DNA of 57,379 nucleotides, the filler included, from Sphacelaria rigidula (taxonomy: Eukaryota), in NCBI GenBank assembly GCA_964200075.2. It is 4 parts of 4 records of this genome, joined end to end, with 100 filler letters (N's around TTAATTAATTAA, not from the genome) between each part and the next. Parts side by side here need not be neighbours in the genome. Positions count along the whole stretch, not along the records: positions 28,743 to 43,012 come from CAXNAA020002346.1; positions 43,113 to 57,379 come from CAXNAA020002347.1; 2 more parts are not named here. One strand, 5' to 3'. Shown piece after piece: positions 37,485-51,097 of this stretch. The notes beneath the pieces were generated by a model. That model had not been told where the DNA came from, did not search any database, and saw only the letters and a program-made list of their open reading frames with translations. A program made the translations under genes and the position numbers. Every line of letters begins with the position of its first letter. Positions within the stretch are counted from its first letter, which is position 1.

Positions 37485-40400
37485 TCACCACTGAGTGTAC
37501 TCCACGTTCTCAGAATAAGCAATCCACAGCATGGCCACCCATGGCACGTTGAGCAACAAGCCATATGTAATATGTTGCCATGCGTTGGTCTCGTATACCT
37601 CCAAACTATCGTCGACCGCCCCCGCTATCACCTCCTTGAGCGCCAACGGCTTCTTTCCCGCTTCATCATTTCTACTGCTCCCGTTCTTGTTTTCAGTCGC
37701 CGCCGGCCCGCCGTCCTGCTCTTCTTCTTGTTGCTGTTGTTTTCGCGGGGTGGAGTGACCGGGTGGGGCTGAGCCACCCTTAATCCTCGCCATCAAACTC
37801 GTTGTCGAGCGCTGTCGCCTTGTTTCTCCTTTGCCCGCGGTGGTGGTGGTCTTCGTGCTCCTTCTACTGGTGATGCTTGGTTTTTGGTCCCTGTTTTTCT
37901 CGGCTGCGGCGGCCAACGTGTCTGCACGCTTCCTCACTTTCTTGGCCTTCTTGTCCGGTCGCTTCACCACGAGTTCCCCGGCTCTGGTGCAGGTGCCTTT
38001 GTATGTGAAGATCCCCGTGTGCATCCGACTGGTGATTTGGAGTGCGGTGACGCGACGCAGTGAGGTGAGGTCGGGGTGCGAGCGGGTCGTCCTTTGTTAG
38101 GGTGCGCATTTGTTTGGTCTTCTTATTCGAACCTTGATCAATTTGAGTGAACGAAGGTGCTTCGCCATGATGTGCAGATCAGAACGTTTCCCTTATTTGT
38201 TTTCCAACGTGCCTTCAACCCGACGCCCCCTTTTTCGGATTCGTCCGTGGTTTCAAGGGACGTTCCCCAACGCCCAAGACGTAAAGCGCGCGACCGATAG
38301 GATGATACTTCGCCCGGGAGTTATCTCGTAGAACTGCATGAGCCAGGCGCTACTTTTCTGCGGTTCATATTGCTATCAATTCAATGCGTATTCAATTCCT
38401 CGATACCCCCCGCCTTGTACTATAGGGAGTGAATACATGGTCGAGGCTTGAATGGTCGGGACGACTATCAGCATTCCCGCAGAGCATGTCGACACGAGAA
38501 AAAAAATACTTAATTTAAGGTCTCACGCTCTCACTACGATATGGAACCAGCAAGTAAGTAAGGCATTGCTGTCGGGATGTACGCAACCCACCATTATAAC
38601 GAAGTCAAACTGAAGCTTCAACTCGATATTCTGCGGTACAACTTGACAGTCGTAAGTTCGACTGAAGGTTCAGGTTGGGGGTCGAAGGTTCAAGTTGGGT
38701 GTCGGCATCTCCTCGACTTGAACCTCCCACCCTTCAAGTGAACGCCTTGAGCTTAAACTCGAGCGCGGGGTCTTCAAGTTGGGGTCGAGACTTTCAACTT
38801 CAAAGGCTCGATTTTCAAGCCAAACCGTCGAGATGAAAGTCGGACCTCAAAGAAAAACAAGAGGTTTAATTGAAAGATTGTTGGTGTGAAGCTAAAGGTT
38901 CAATTTGAAGGTCAGCCATTTTCGTGGACGCTTCACCTTCAGGTTGTGGCTTCAACTTCGACTTAGAGGTTGGCCCTCACATTGAAACTGTCAATTCAAG
39001 GTCGGGCCTCCGAGTTGAGGGTTCGGGTTGAGGATTCGGACATTTAAGTTCAGTGTTGGGGCTTCAAGTTGAATGTCAAGACTTCAGCTAAGTCTCAACT
39101 TAAAAAGTTGAGCCTCCGAGCTTGGGGCTCCGAGTGGAGGATGGGGGTTTCTGATATGAAGCGTCAACTTAATCTCCGACTGTCCAGGCTTGGTTTGGGG
39201 TACTGATCGTCAACTCGAAGTTTTGAACTTTCAACTTGTAACATTGACGTTGAGTTTTCAACTTTCAACTCGAACATCCACACGTTGAATTCGCGATAAT
39301 GGGGGCATCCCATGATGCACTAATTTGACCCCCGCGGTGCGATGATGCTACTCCAGCGCGAACCTTCTTCAGTAGCAAGGCTTTTTCGAGGAAACACACA
39401 CGACGCTGCTTTGTTCTATGTGCCGTCCTATTGGTCAATAATGATGAGGCTTGTTTGTGTCGCTCATGAACGTTTCGATCTGCTTTCGTTTCAGTGAGCA
39501 AGCAGTACATCGCGTGCGTGGTGTATGTGTCACCCTATGTACATACGTGAATGCGCAGCCGGAGTGATGCCGCGATACCCCCCCCCCCGCCCCCTCGGAC
39601 CGGCCCTAAACCTGTCACGAAGAAAATGGCCGTACAGCACATGGTAGCTACTTTCAGACTGCATGAAGCGCCTCATATGGGTGACATTGGCGAAAACAAT
39701 CCCAAGCGTGGGAGGGTCCCGCTGCTCGGTATGCTCCGCTTTTTGTCATTCTGGTTTACATGTGGATTTTGCCTCCTCAAACCATCCACGTTTCTGGGGG
39801 TGTAGTCATGCTCATGCAAGCCATAGTCATCAGACCATTGACCTTGCATCCCTACAAAGCCGGAACGGAGCACGACGGGTTTTCGCCGGGCCAGGCTCGC
39901 ACCCAATCACCAAGCACAAAGCGCCGTGGTGTGCTCGGCGAGTCGCATGGAGGGTGAGCTGCATCCTGCTGAGATTGTTCGACTCGAGACCTACTGATTA
40001 TCTTGCATTTGGATGGCAGCTTGCAATGAGCTGCTGTATTTTCTGGCATCACCACTTCCAGAGACAGCCACGGCTTGAACACTGCCTCATGGGTGTCTCA
40101 TCATTTGAACACCTTCGCAGTACGATCATCCCCACTGTGCGGAATTGAGGTTCTCCCACGCCGCACAGCATGGTCTAGCTCGACCACCATCGTGGTTACC
40201 GCAAAAAAACTCAAGCGCGCAAAACAAAACCGGTAACCTGGTTGCCTAGCTTCCGCAGTGAGTGGCGTGTTTTATGGCGTCATCGCCAACCGACGCCAAC
40301 CCCATCGAGGGTCCGTTTCTACAAAGTCGGGGCGGAGCACGCCGGGTTCTCGCCGGACCAGGCACCTGGGGGGGGGGGGGAGCGTACTCATTTGTTGCTT

Positions 40401-41730
40401 GACCTGATCGTTTGGCCATTGACCACGCATCCCTTTCGAGACGAGGCACTTTTCTGGGGGTGGGGTGGGGGGCTATCGCGGCATCAGTCGCCGATAGAAC
40501 GTTGCACGGGAGTTCAGTTGTAATACTACACGAGCCAGGCGATTACCGTTTTGCGACATTCATGTGCACTACAATTATGTTTGAGTGCACGGACCCTCGT
40601 TGTTAATTGCATCCTTCTTCGACATTAACGTTTTTCAAACGCCAAGTCCCGAGCTTTCACCCGTTCGCTGATCGACGCATGCGTCCGAGTAACAAATGTC
40701 AGAGAAAATGCGCGAGTACGTCATGGGTGACACAGCATGACTATTTGAAACAACCTCCCGGTACCACTATCACTCATGAAAACTCCTCACCGCCAATTGA
40801 GCTTCACCACTGCAGCGACCAGCACCATCCTCGACAAATTCCAGAATATGAACATGGCCAAAATTGTAACGGCCTTCAGCCAACCGGCGTGCAGATACCA
40901 CCCCAACGTACAAGTGGTGTGCAGCATTATCGCGTACACTATCTCCTCGTTCGGCCCAACGCAGGTCATCGTGCAGCTCGGGATGGTCCGACAGTCAAAC
41001 TCTGTCCCGTCCTTCCATCGGAAGCGATGTTTGAGGTCATGAGGGACGGGGGGGGGGGGGGGGGGGGGAGGTGGCTACGCGGAAACGAATCGAGCTCTCT
41101 GAGGAGGGTGCTCGCCATGATTTACAAAGGCTACCACGGGATGGCTGTACACCAACACTACTACCACCACCACCACCACCACCACTGCTACTGCTACGAT
41201 TCTTCCTTTTTTCTCAGATACCATGGTCTACGCTAGAAAACTCACGTTCTTGGATAGATCATCGGTGAAATACCAAGGAGACCTCACAGCTATTGCGGCT
41301 CGAATACCCACAAGAGTTAATATCGGGGATCGTATACGCATGTCCCAAAACAAGCGTCAAAGCGTAAACTCCGATCGTCAGGACTCACCAAACCAGGCGC
41401 AAGTAAACGAACCCCGCCCTGCGGTATACTACGTAGATACATATCTGACCATCACTGGTAACAGCTGGAAATTGTTGAGCCACGACGTTGCTCACACCCT
41501 TCTCCCCCCCCCCCTCTCCCCCCTCCCACCGCCTTCTGAAAACCATCCGGTTGGGTGATGTTTAGTCGGTGTGTATCGTCACCTGGACTTTCCACCCGTC
41601 CACGTCGAGTGTGCTCTCTGTGCAGTTCTCGTTGGAAAGCTCAACGCCCACTGGACCGAATGGCTCTGCCTCACCCGATCTATAGTCCATCGGGCACTCC
41701 AAGCTGGAGTCCGTTTTGCATTCGTCGTAT
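37485..41730 (-). CDS. Uncharacterised Cys-rich multi-pass membrane protein, 3' three exons
   Basis: Exons 41730-41583, 41011-40791 and 38028-37485 are phase-consistent: YDECKTDSSLECPMD...NCTES...VQ|DGTEFDCRTIPSCTMTCVGPNEE...HTTCTLGWYLHAGWLKAVTILAMFIFWNLSRMVLVAAVVKLNWR|RMHTGIFTYKGTCTRAG...ITYGLLLNVPWVAMLWIAYSENVEYTQW*. It contains two hydrophobic segments. Confidence 0.8.
38635..39275. repeat. Degenerate low-complexity repeat of TTCAACTT/AAGTTGAA/TCGA words
   Basis: Dense recurrence of ttcaagttg, ttcaactt, aagttga and aaggttc in both orientations, inside an intron. Confidence 0.65.
39565..40486. mobile_element. ~920-bp TIR element with subterminal poly-C/poly-G
   Basis: Termini TGATGCCGCGATA-C-run and G-run-CTATCGCGGCATCA. 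Pieces recur at 3389-3607, 28743-28905, 14373-14440 (inverted) and 57245-57330 (inverted). Confidence 0.75.
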
Positions 41731-43012
41731 CTGAGACTCACGCACACGCGAAAAACATACATCTCCTCGTTCCCCCAACAGTACATTTTGCGGAACAAAA
41801 ACTCGGGATGACTAGATGAATACGGGACAAAAACACAAACCAAGCAATGCTTTTTCAAATGACCGGTAGGTTCTCGTGTGCTAATCGTTTGAGTAAGGAA
41901 ACTTGTTTCCACCGTACGTTGGGAAAAAATATGGAGGAAGGTGAAAATCTCACGAGGAAACTCTAGATCAAGTAACACTCTTCCCGTGACCTCTTGAAGC
42001 GGGAACCAAAATGACGTCGAATATACCTGTGGCCACGGGTTCGAGAGATCGGACTCATGCGCGGAAATAATAATGATAATAGTAATAAAAATAACGATAC
42101 CGACAACAAATCATAGACGCGCGAAGGAGGCGCCTACTTGTAACGCCGGTCATGTGCAAAGTCTCGGGAAACATACTGCTTGAGATTAATTTAACAGTAA
42201 GCACAGGAGGAAAAGCAGGTGTAAGAATTTTACACCTGCAGATATAACTGCGATTCAGGATTATTGTGTCTCGGACGATAAACGGAAAGGTTTTTTTTTC
42301 CTGTCGTCTTGAACACATACTCGCTGGTTCACTGGCAACGGTGATCGTCCTATCAGAAAAATCCACCATGCAAGCTTGTTCCTCTAAAACATAATCGCAA
42401 TCTCTCCACAAAAATTCCCTTGCTATGTAGTAGGACTTGGCATTGCGCATATGCCATGTCAAGCACTGCATATATACATTGTGTGGAAAGTGGGGTTTCG
42501 TGCCCATGTTTGTTCCCGAAGAGGAATATTGATGGGTGCAGGTAGTCAACAATTTCATGATGAGCGAGAGTCGTCGCACTTCACTGTAATGCCCGGAATT
42601 CAATCCATGCAGGTTATCTGCTTATCCTGTTTGTGCGGGCTTAGGCGGTGAAGATTTAAGGTTGTCCATACTATTTCTTAAGCACAGTATATTGCATGTT
42701 CACTTAACGCTGGAAACAAACCGAACACACTGCTGTGGCCCGTAGCGTGATTCGACATCCCCCCCCCCCCCCCCCCCACCTAATCATACTCATATCTGCC
42801 ACGACAGAGAGAGCGTGAAATAGCGGGTGGGTATTTTCCATACTGTTCGTAATGCATCTGGCGTCCCGAAGGCTGCACATTTAGATACGACTTCCAGGAC
42901 AGACTCCTAAAGGCACCACGGGGGGGGGGGGGGGGGGGGGGCGTTGTTGTTTTGGTTCTTGCGTTTGTTGTTTGTTCTCGTCTTCCCCTCCCTTTCCGAA
43001 CCGAGACCTTTT

Positions 43013-43112
43013 NNNNNNNNNNNNNNNNNNNNNNNNNNNNNNNNNNNNNNNNNNNNTTAATTAATTAANNNNNNNNNNNNNNNNNNNNNNNNNNNNNNNN
43101 NNNNNNNNNNNN
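43013..43112. other. Artificial contig linker
   Basis: 44 N + TTAATTAATTAA + 44 N. Confidence 0.97.
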
Positions 43113-46100
43113 CTTCCTTCCCCCCCCCCTTCTCTCAGCAAGCTCATTATGAATCAAAACGCAAGAGCTACAAATTCATATATTCCGGTCACACGAACCA
43201 CGTACTGTACCCTAGGTTATGGGGGAAATCATTCTCCACGACTATATCGCTCTTCTCGCCTGAAAGACACCTCCCGGATAATAGATTTGGAATCCCCGGA
43301 CCGGTTAGAACTCGGCACAGTTTTTTACAGACCATTTACCAGCCCAGATTTGGTACTTGTGATTTGGAATTTTGTGTTGGAAATCGCTAGCGCACAATGA
43401 AAAAAAGTGAAACGTTGATCTTTGATTTTTTTTTCATGGCTTAAGGACGTTGAAGTGAGTACATACCATTTTTTCACGAGAACCGTCCTTGAGTCAACAG
43501 TAAAAAATAAAGAGGGCCAACTTTTTTTCTTGTTTTCAGCATGCCTCTGCAATTTCCCATACTGATTTTCAAATCACGATTCTAGAAATTGAGCTGAGAA
43601 ACTGAGATAAGGGTAAAAACCAACGACCATTTTTCACTTAAAACGCCTCCAATACACCAACAAAAACTAACATAATGAAATTTCTCCAAGTGTTTCTATT
43701 ATTATTATTATGCCCGAGCAATTATGCATACCATAATTCAAACCACACCTGTCAAAACTGAGACGCGAAATCCAGATTTGGTGTATTCAGTACCTTTGCT
43801 CGTAATACATTATATCGAGGTTAGTATGGAATCTTATGTGCGCCGAATCTTTAGATAAATAACGAACTCGGTGAAGATGAATGTATCGATCGTTTTTCTT
43901 GTGCTTCAAAGAATGGTCACACCAAGAATCGTCATCACCCGCTGTATATTTCATTCGGGGTTTCATATGGAGTCTAGTATGGACCCCATCTCCGTAAGGT
44001 AAAGGAATTACTCGACATGGCGTTTAGTCAACAAGAAAAATTGACCCAGGCTTTCGACCAGATGGGCATCTTCCCCTTGACTAGACGATTGATAAGATGA
44101 GCGGGTCACGGCCCAATTCGTCTGTGTCGATGAGACATAGCTGTGAGAACATGAATCCGTTTTCGGGCTGCCCCAGCTCATCTGGCTGGAAGTCCTTTCA
44201 AATGAAGGCAGCGCCGACTCAACGTATAGATCGGCGAGTTTGGGAGTTTGAACGTTTGACAGGCGCAGCACACGAAGAAATTTGAAAACTACGAGGATCA
44301 CCATTCCATCTCCGATAACGTTCGACAGAAGTCACAAGCGCAACCTTCGAAGACAATTTTAATTTTGACTGCGCCGATCTTACTTTGCTTCCCTAGTTGT
44401 AGATATCGAGATTTAGCGCTGTATCATCCAACCTGTTATCGCCCCCCCCCCCCCTACTGCCTGCCCAGAGGCCTTGGCGTCAGCCCAAACCGCTGAGCAT
44501 GCATTTACCCGCCCTGGTTCCTGCTAGCGGATTGTACAGCCCTAATCGTTCAGCATGCTATCATCGTTCTCTGTCACCAACCGTCCCTCCAGGGCACGCG
44601 GGGGGGGGGACCTAGGCCAACCCTTCAAAAAATACCCCTCGGTTAGGACGTTTAGGGTCGCAAAACTGATCATCGAGGGGTGGTGATACATCCTTTGGGA
44701 TTCCGTTGAGGTCGACTAACCGCCAACGGTCGATGCACATTATAAATCCAGGCGGGCGTGAACAGCATGATCGGGTAAACGAAGCTATCGTACCATCATA
44801 CAGCCCGAGCTGAATCTAGGAGGGGCTGTGATGGGTGAAGAAGGTAGCGCATACGTGGAACCACCTCGGGCCACGGAATGCATGTATTGCATTGTGTGTA
44901 ACACACGAAAAAAACTCTACATATGCACCACTGACCAAAGGATACGATAATACAAGTGACCGCGATTTTTTTCATTTTATTTGACCAGCCGAAACAAAAT
45001 TACCTCGAGAGTAGCTTGCAGGACTGTCATGACTTAAGCGCGCACTACAGTAGACTGGTTCGATTATATACACATCTTTACTGTTGTCGAGGTCACCAGC
45101 GTCGGTTGGGCAGAAGAAAATATTTGGGCATCGATCAAGTTTCAGTCTGTAACATTACGAATCACGAGCAGTGCCCTATGCTCCACTGCACTAGCGACCA
45201 GCCCACACACCACAACACAGGTTGACACTGTCTCTGCTGCTCTTGGCTACATTCTATAAATAATGCGCACGACGGCATGTGCTACACACACGCCAGCAGC
45301 TGCGCCGGGACAACAAGCAAGTGTGCTGTGGACGTGCGTCACAAAACGCCAAACTTTCAACACGTCGATCGAGTCGTGCGGCTCAGACTCATTGGTACTA
45401 TTTGTTGGACTCGTTTCATAACGACTTTTAAAACTCGAGTCGTACGGGTCATCATTTCCCTAAGTGGCTCGTATGACTTCTGAGTCGGTAGTATCCTAAT
45501 TTTCCTGCGCGATTTGTTTGAAGAAGCGGAAATTCATATCACGACTGTACTGTGCGATGTGTCAGATCGGTTCGGGCTGTACTATGCTGTTCACGAACGT
45601 AAACTTACTGATTGGAGACCGACGACTGTACCATGCTGACAGGCGGTACGGTCGGTGCACAAAACTGCAGACGTAACGTTTGTGCTGTATTTTTTTATCG
45701 ACAATACTGTACCTTACTGCCCTGTGCTACAGTACTGTTGCGGCAGCAGCCTGACCTGACACCGCGAGAACGAGCCGGAGTTCGTCATTCTTCTCTCGCG
45801 CTACAACCAAAACGTCTGCTTCGTAGAAGTACGGGCTGAATGGCTGGCTTGAGTCAGACCCTTCCTATTTTCCTCAACGACTCATATGACTCTGGTCATA
45901 TAAATTATCATCTGTCAAAGTGACTCTTGCTATTTGATTGGTGAAACTTCTGACTGAGTAAAAGCTGGGCCGGCGAAGAGCCAGTGGGTTCGCCGATATC
46001 GCCACGCGTAGCTCATTTTCTACTGAGACCTGGAAAATTGACAAGCAATTTAGAAGGCTCTCAGTGCTCACCGACACACTTTCATCGTCCTGTGTCGTTT

Positions 46101-46457
46101 TGTATTTTTTCATCGCGAAAATACGACGAACTCATAGGGTCGGTCATGTCTCGGCGAGAAACAAAATAAAACATCGGGGGTTGGTTGGAGTGTGTCGACG
46201 AGTACCTTGCAAATCGCGCGTTGAAATTTCATGTCCCAACTAGAAACATTGAGCTGCGCGCGGTGACATTTGGAGATATTTGCACTAGTATCGCTCTGCA
46301 TACAAACTTACACAGAGTGCAGGATTTCAGCCGCAATTCTCGATTGGCGATGAACCACGGCCTGAGGCATTCGTCGCTTTTCTTCTCGACTCGAGAATTG
46401 CACACGCTCAGGAAGTTCCGCCAAAATTCGGAATAATACATTTCAAGACCGTCTCCA

Positions 46458-48089
46458 AGGTCAACTCTAATGGGAGCCGTTCAAAATTTATATTTTCCAA
46501 GAATTTCAAACGCGTTTTTTTTCTGCCACGATTCTGAACCGGTACCAAGAAACACACTATTGCGGCATACATTTGGAGTTGTACACGGATGTTGAAGTTG
46601 GCTTGACCTAGGAAGTATGCATCTCTACAACAGCACCCCAAAAATATGTATAACATACGGCGGCATTTTGGGGAAACAAGGAAAGCGAGAATCATTTTGT
46701 GATATAGTCATGGTGACGTGATGGTTCACAAATTCATTTTCACGAGAAATCACACACCGTTCCAATGTAGAGGGGGAATACGAGTGATGCAATGACGGTA
46801 AGAGCACACGAATAGACCAACGACGTCAGGCAGGGAGGTAATCACGCGCAAGGGTGTACGGGCATTGTCGCCGGTCGGAACGCGGATGGCCTCCCGCTCG
46901 AGAAAGAGAAAAAGCAATAGCAGCAGTAGCGGCAGCAGCACCTTGCACGTGATAGCCGCCGTGCTGGAAAGCACTAGTCTGTACAACCCGCCGATGGGCC
47001 CATGCTTCCTCACCCCAAGCCCTGGGAGAGATAGCAGTGCGAATCTTCATGTGGGAGCTGTGCACGTCGGGTGTGTCTCACGCGCGTTGTTATTGCTGGT
47101 GACGGGAATACAGCCAACGTCCAATATAGAGAAAACAAGTGATGCGTACTGAAACTGCAGTGGGGGTGACAACTACAATCGACTCGAAGTAGGGAGGCAA
47201 TAACGCGCCGGGTGACGGACATTGTCGCGGGTCGAAACACGGACCGTCCGCCCACACAAGGAGGAGAAAAAGCAGTAGCAGTAGCAGCAGCAGCAGCAGC
47301 AGCAGCAGCATCCTTACTGCCGGTAGATGTGTACGGCTGGGGGTGGGTCTAAATCACCGGTGCCAATACTGATGGTGGTGGTGCTGCTGCTGCTCTTCCT
47401 CGTGCGAGACACGGTCCGCGTTTCGATCGTGCGACAACGCCCACTCACCTTGCGCGCGATAACCACCGTGCTGGAAAGCGCTAGCCCCTAATACCCGCCG
47501 ATGGGCCCATGCTTGCTCACTCGGCGAAATGCTGGGAGATATTGCTGTGAGCATCTTTCTCTGTGGGAGCTGTGCACGTCGAGCGTGTCTCACGCGTGGC
47601 TACTGCTGGCGATGGAAACCAGCTGTGCGCGCATGAATAGCCACGTGACTTTTATAGCTCCGTGTCAACAGCATTGCATTCCAACTCCGAGAAGACAGCA
47701 CTGCCAGCCAACTGCAGTTGTTCGGAATGCAACAATAGTACAGCAGCTCGGGTGATCCAGCAGAGACCAGACAGGTTTGGCGAGGTTCAAATACACGATT
47801 GTGCAGTGGCAGGTGCAGCAAATGAGAGAGTCGTCCACGTGTGCTCTGGTACAACAAAACATGACGTGTCCCATTTTACCTCTCGTGCCAACTTTTAAAC
47901 AGGTCCTCAAGCGTTTAGAATCGTCCCCCAATTCTGAGCGCTTGGCCAAAATTTTGATTTTTTTTGGGTTCGTTCAGGATTTCGGGGGTCTAAATCTTGA
48001 CGATTTTGTTCCAGAATGGTCGCTTACGTGACCACCTGTTCAAAACTTTGGAAAATTAAAATCTGAACGGCTCCCATTAGAGTCGGTCT
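46458..48089. mobile_element. PIF/Harbinger-like non-autonomous element A
   Basis: Left AGGTCAACTCTAATGGGAGCCGTTCAAAATTT; right AAAATCTGAACGGCTCCCATTAGAGTCGGTCT (inverted). No transposase ORF. Confidence 0.65.
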
Positions 48090-49703
48090 GATGGGGGCCG
48101 TTCAGAATTCCTCTTCAAAACTGCCTTTTTGGCTCTCCTTCATCCTTATACGCCTGAAAAGACGGCGAGGCGGATATTGACGCCTTGGAATGACTTGCTC
48201 TACTTATTGAGACCATTTCAGGGCAACTTTGCATTTCCCGCTGGCCGCACTTTTTTTTTTTGGCCGAACACGGATATTCAATGAAAAACGGCCAAGCTTT
48301 TGATCACCTGACCGTTTTTTACTGAAAGTTCGTGTTTGGCCTAATTTGATCGAAACAAAACAGTGTTGCGCCATAAAAAAAAGACATTCGGAATATAATT
48401 TGACCGCTATTCTCCCTAGTGCGCACTGCTGCAACGCGCAGCACCAGAGATGGTGATGTGGAACTGTTGATTGTGGTTCTCATAGCATATGACCGAAGTT
48501 ACAGCACGTTTCAGCATTTACAGCGCGCGCAGGGCCGTGCATCATGAACTGCGCACCTCTGCAGACAATATGCCGATCGGTACACTAACGATGGTCATGA
48601 TCCAGAAAGGGCCGCAGTACAGACCGGTGTCAGTTTGCCACAATATCGGTCGCCCAGTCGCTCTCCTAAGATATCGAACTTAGTGGACGTGCGGAAGTAT
48701 ATATGCATTCATCTCTAGTGCACGGAGTCTGGACTGCGGGATGGCCGCTTTGAGTGCGCATCGATGGCATTCCCCAAATTTGCTTGTGGCCATGTGAGTA
48801 ATTTGTGCGGGTCTCAATCGTGCGCAAAGTTTCGTGAGCGAACGCGAAGTCGCAGGCGATAAATCCACAACGAAAGTTACTCTGAAAATTGGGAGTTTAC
48901 CGTGAAGCAAACTATCAAAATAAAATAAACGCGATTTGGTAACGCTCTGGATACGCCGCATGTCAGATGCGGTTACGCAGTACCATGGTACTGTCAAATA
49001 TAGGACAGACAGACAGTCCAAATAGTAAATTACGTCAGCAATTATACTACACTTTACAATGGTCAAGACAGAGTTTTCAAATTTAAAAACCGCCAGCTGC
49101 GCGGCAAGCCATGCATGCAAATAATCATGCCGTTCTCATTGGTGCTGAAAGCACTTGACACGCTTCTTTTTCAGACGAATTGCACACTCCATATACTATA
49201 CCCTAGCCGTGGTGACGGGCGGGTACGCGAACCGTGGCCGCCAACTATCGGCGTACCATGGGGCCCGCAAAGCACCCGTACCGAGCAACACCATGCACAC
49301 CACCGAACGCGGGACATCTTCTCAGCCTGCAACTTGCGTCGACGATCCAGTCTTGAACTCAACATTTTAGATATGCCGCGTGTTGGGGCGTAGGTCCTTC
49401 CCAAGGAGCTCCTGGCTCGTGTGGATTATACCTACTTTGGGGATGCTCTGAGCTGGTATTTTATACGATGACTCTTGTACGCGAAAATCCGCATATATTT
49501 TACATTTTTTTCCTTTGGCGCAACACTGCGAAATGCGGCCAGCGGGAAATGCAGAGTTGCCCTGGAACGGTCTCAACTAGCAGAGCAAGTCATCCCAAGG
49601 TGTACACATCCGCCAAGCCCTCTTTTCGAGCGTAAATCGACGGAGAAGGGCCCGAAGAGCAGTTTTCGACAGGAGTTTTGAACGGCTCCCATCAGAGTTG
49701 GCC
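48087..49703. mobile_element. PIF/Harbinger-like non-autonomous element B, abutting element A
   Basis: Left TCTGATGGGGGCCGTTCAGAATTCCTCTTCAAAACTGC; right GCAGTTTTCGACAGGAGTTTTGAACGGCTCCCATCAGAGTTGGCC (inverted). Confidence 0.6.
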
Positions 49704-50289
49704 GAAGGGGGGGCGTTTCAAAGAGCAACACAAAAACATTTTACACAAGAAGTGGAAACACGGAGACAGGAGTTTCACGACTGGTGGATTCCCGAGCCAA
49801 ATCGCTTCGCTTGGCCGCCTTAACTAGCCGACAACGAAAGACATGCTGAGCTCGCCCTGACTCAGTGCCGTTTCAAGATATCAGACATGACCGCCTGACC
49901 CAGAGTGGTTTTCTTCGCCGACCCAGTTCGTTGTACAACTCAGGTCAGACTCATCCTATTCTTCGGAAGGGCTCACGTCATGACTCGTACTGTACTTGTT
50001 TTCGGAATGGGTTGTAGCATGCGGGTCACGACGAGGCATGACTTGTTCGACGTGTGAAGGCGTAAATTCTTGATTTCAGTACATGTCAGCATCGCATATC
50101 ACCCCTCCTCTCCACCCTCTCCCCACCCTCTCTCCAATGTTCAACCAACCTTTGTTTTCGCCGAGACTGTAAGACGGCGATATTTTTGCGCAAGTCGCGA
50201 CGCGCGAAAACTACCAATGATGATACCAACGCAATCTCGAATCACCGCTTCCCCCACATTTTTCTCTCGCTAACAACTGGATTTCATTA

Positions 50290-50492
50290 GGGCCGATGAC
50301 GTCGACGTGTATGCTTTTACACCAACTCCTATGGGAGCGTTTAAAATTTTACTTTGCAATAATTTTAAACGTTTTTTTTTTCTTTGCCGTAGTTGTGTAT
50401 TTTGTGCCCATTCACCATGATGACAAAGAAGGGAAAAAAATCCTCTGAAATTGTTGCAAAATAAATTTCAAACGCTCCCATAAGAGTTGGCC
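50290..50492. mobile_element. Tourist-like MITE of the same TIR family
   Basis: CCAACTCCTATGGGAGCGTTTAAAATTT and AAATTTCAAACGCTCCCATAAGAGTTGGCC. TTA flanks both ends (50287-50289 and 50493-50495), which fits a PIF/Harbinger TSD. Confidence 0.65.
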
Positions 50493-51004
50493 TTAGGGGT
50501 AGGATTGTGTTGATTGTGTTGATTTTCTGTTCCGAAACCCAAAACAAAGCGGACCATTTTAACGCATTTCTTCCGCCACCGCGTCGAAGGCAGGACAGCA
50601 CAACAGAACATGAGTTTTACCTTCACCAATGCCTGGGCGTCGACTGATGCAGTCCTATGCCAAGTGCCCGGGGCTTTTACGGCAACTGTAATATACTGCC
50701 CTCACCCACATGGAGACGTACGAAGGGTTGAACGCACATCTACAGGGACTGAACGGCCAACTTACAGTCAACGAAGAACACAAGCAAAACTCTAGAACCA
50801 TTGAGCCTCCAATGTCAGCGATCTCAACGTGAAACCGAGAGCAGGAATCCAGTGAAACAAAAAGCCAGATGCCCTGTACACAGCTACATGTACTTGCGCC
50901 TGGCTTTACAAAACTGCTACATATACATGTCCACCGTGCAGCCTATGGCAAGGTACGTCCCGAGGGCCCCGCGCTGGCTCTAACATTTTTGACTGCCACT
51001 ACAA

Positions 51005-51060
51005 CAGTGCAGTGCAGTACAGTACAGTACAGTACAGTACAGTACAGTAGAGTAGAGTCA
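51005..51060 (+). repeat. (CAGTA)n microsatellite
   Basis: CAGTACAGTACAGTA... run. A shorter copy lies at ~26273-26292. Confidence 0.8.
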
Positions 51061-51097
51061 GTCAGTGCAGCGAAATCGAAGTACCGTAGTCACTCAC

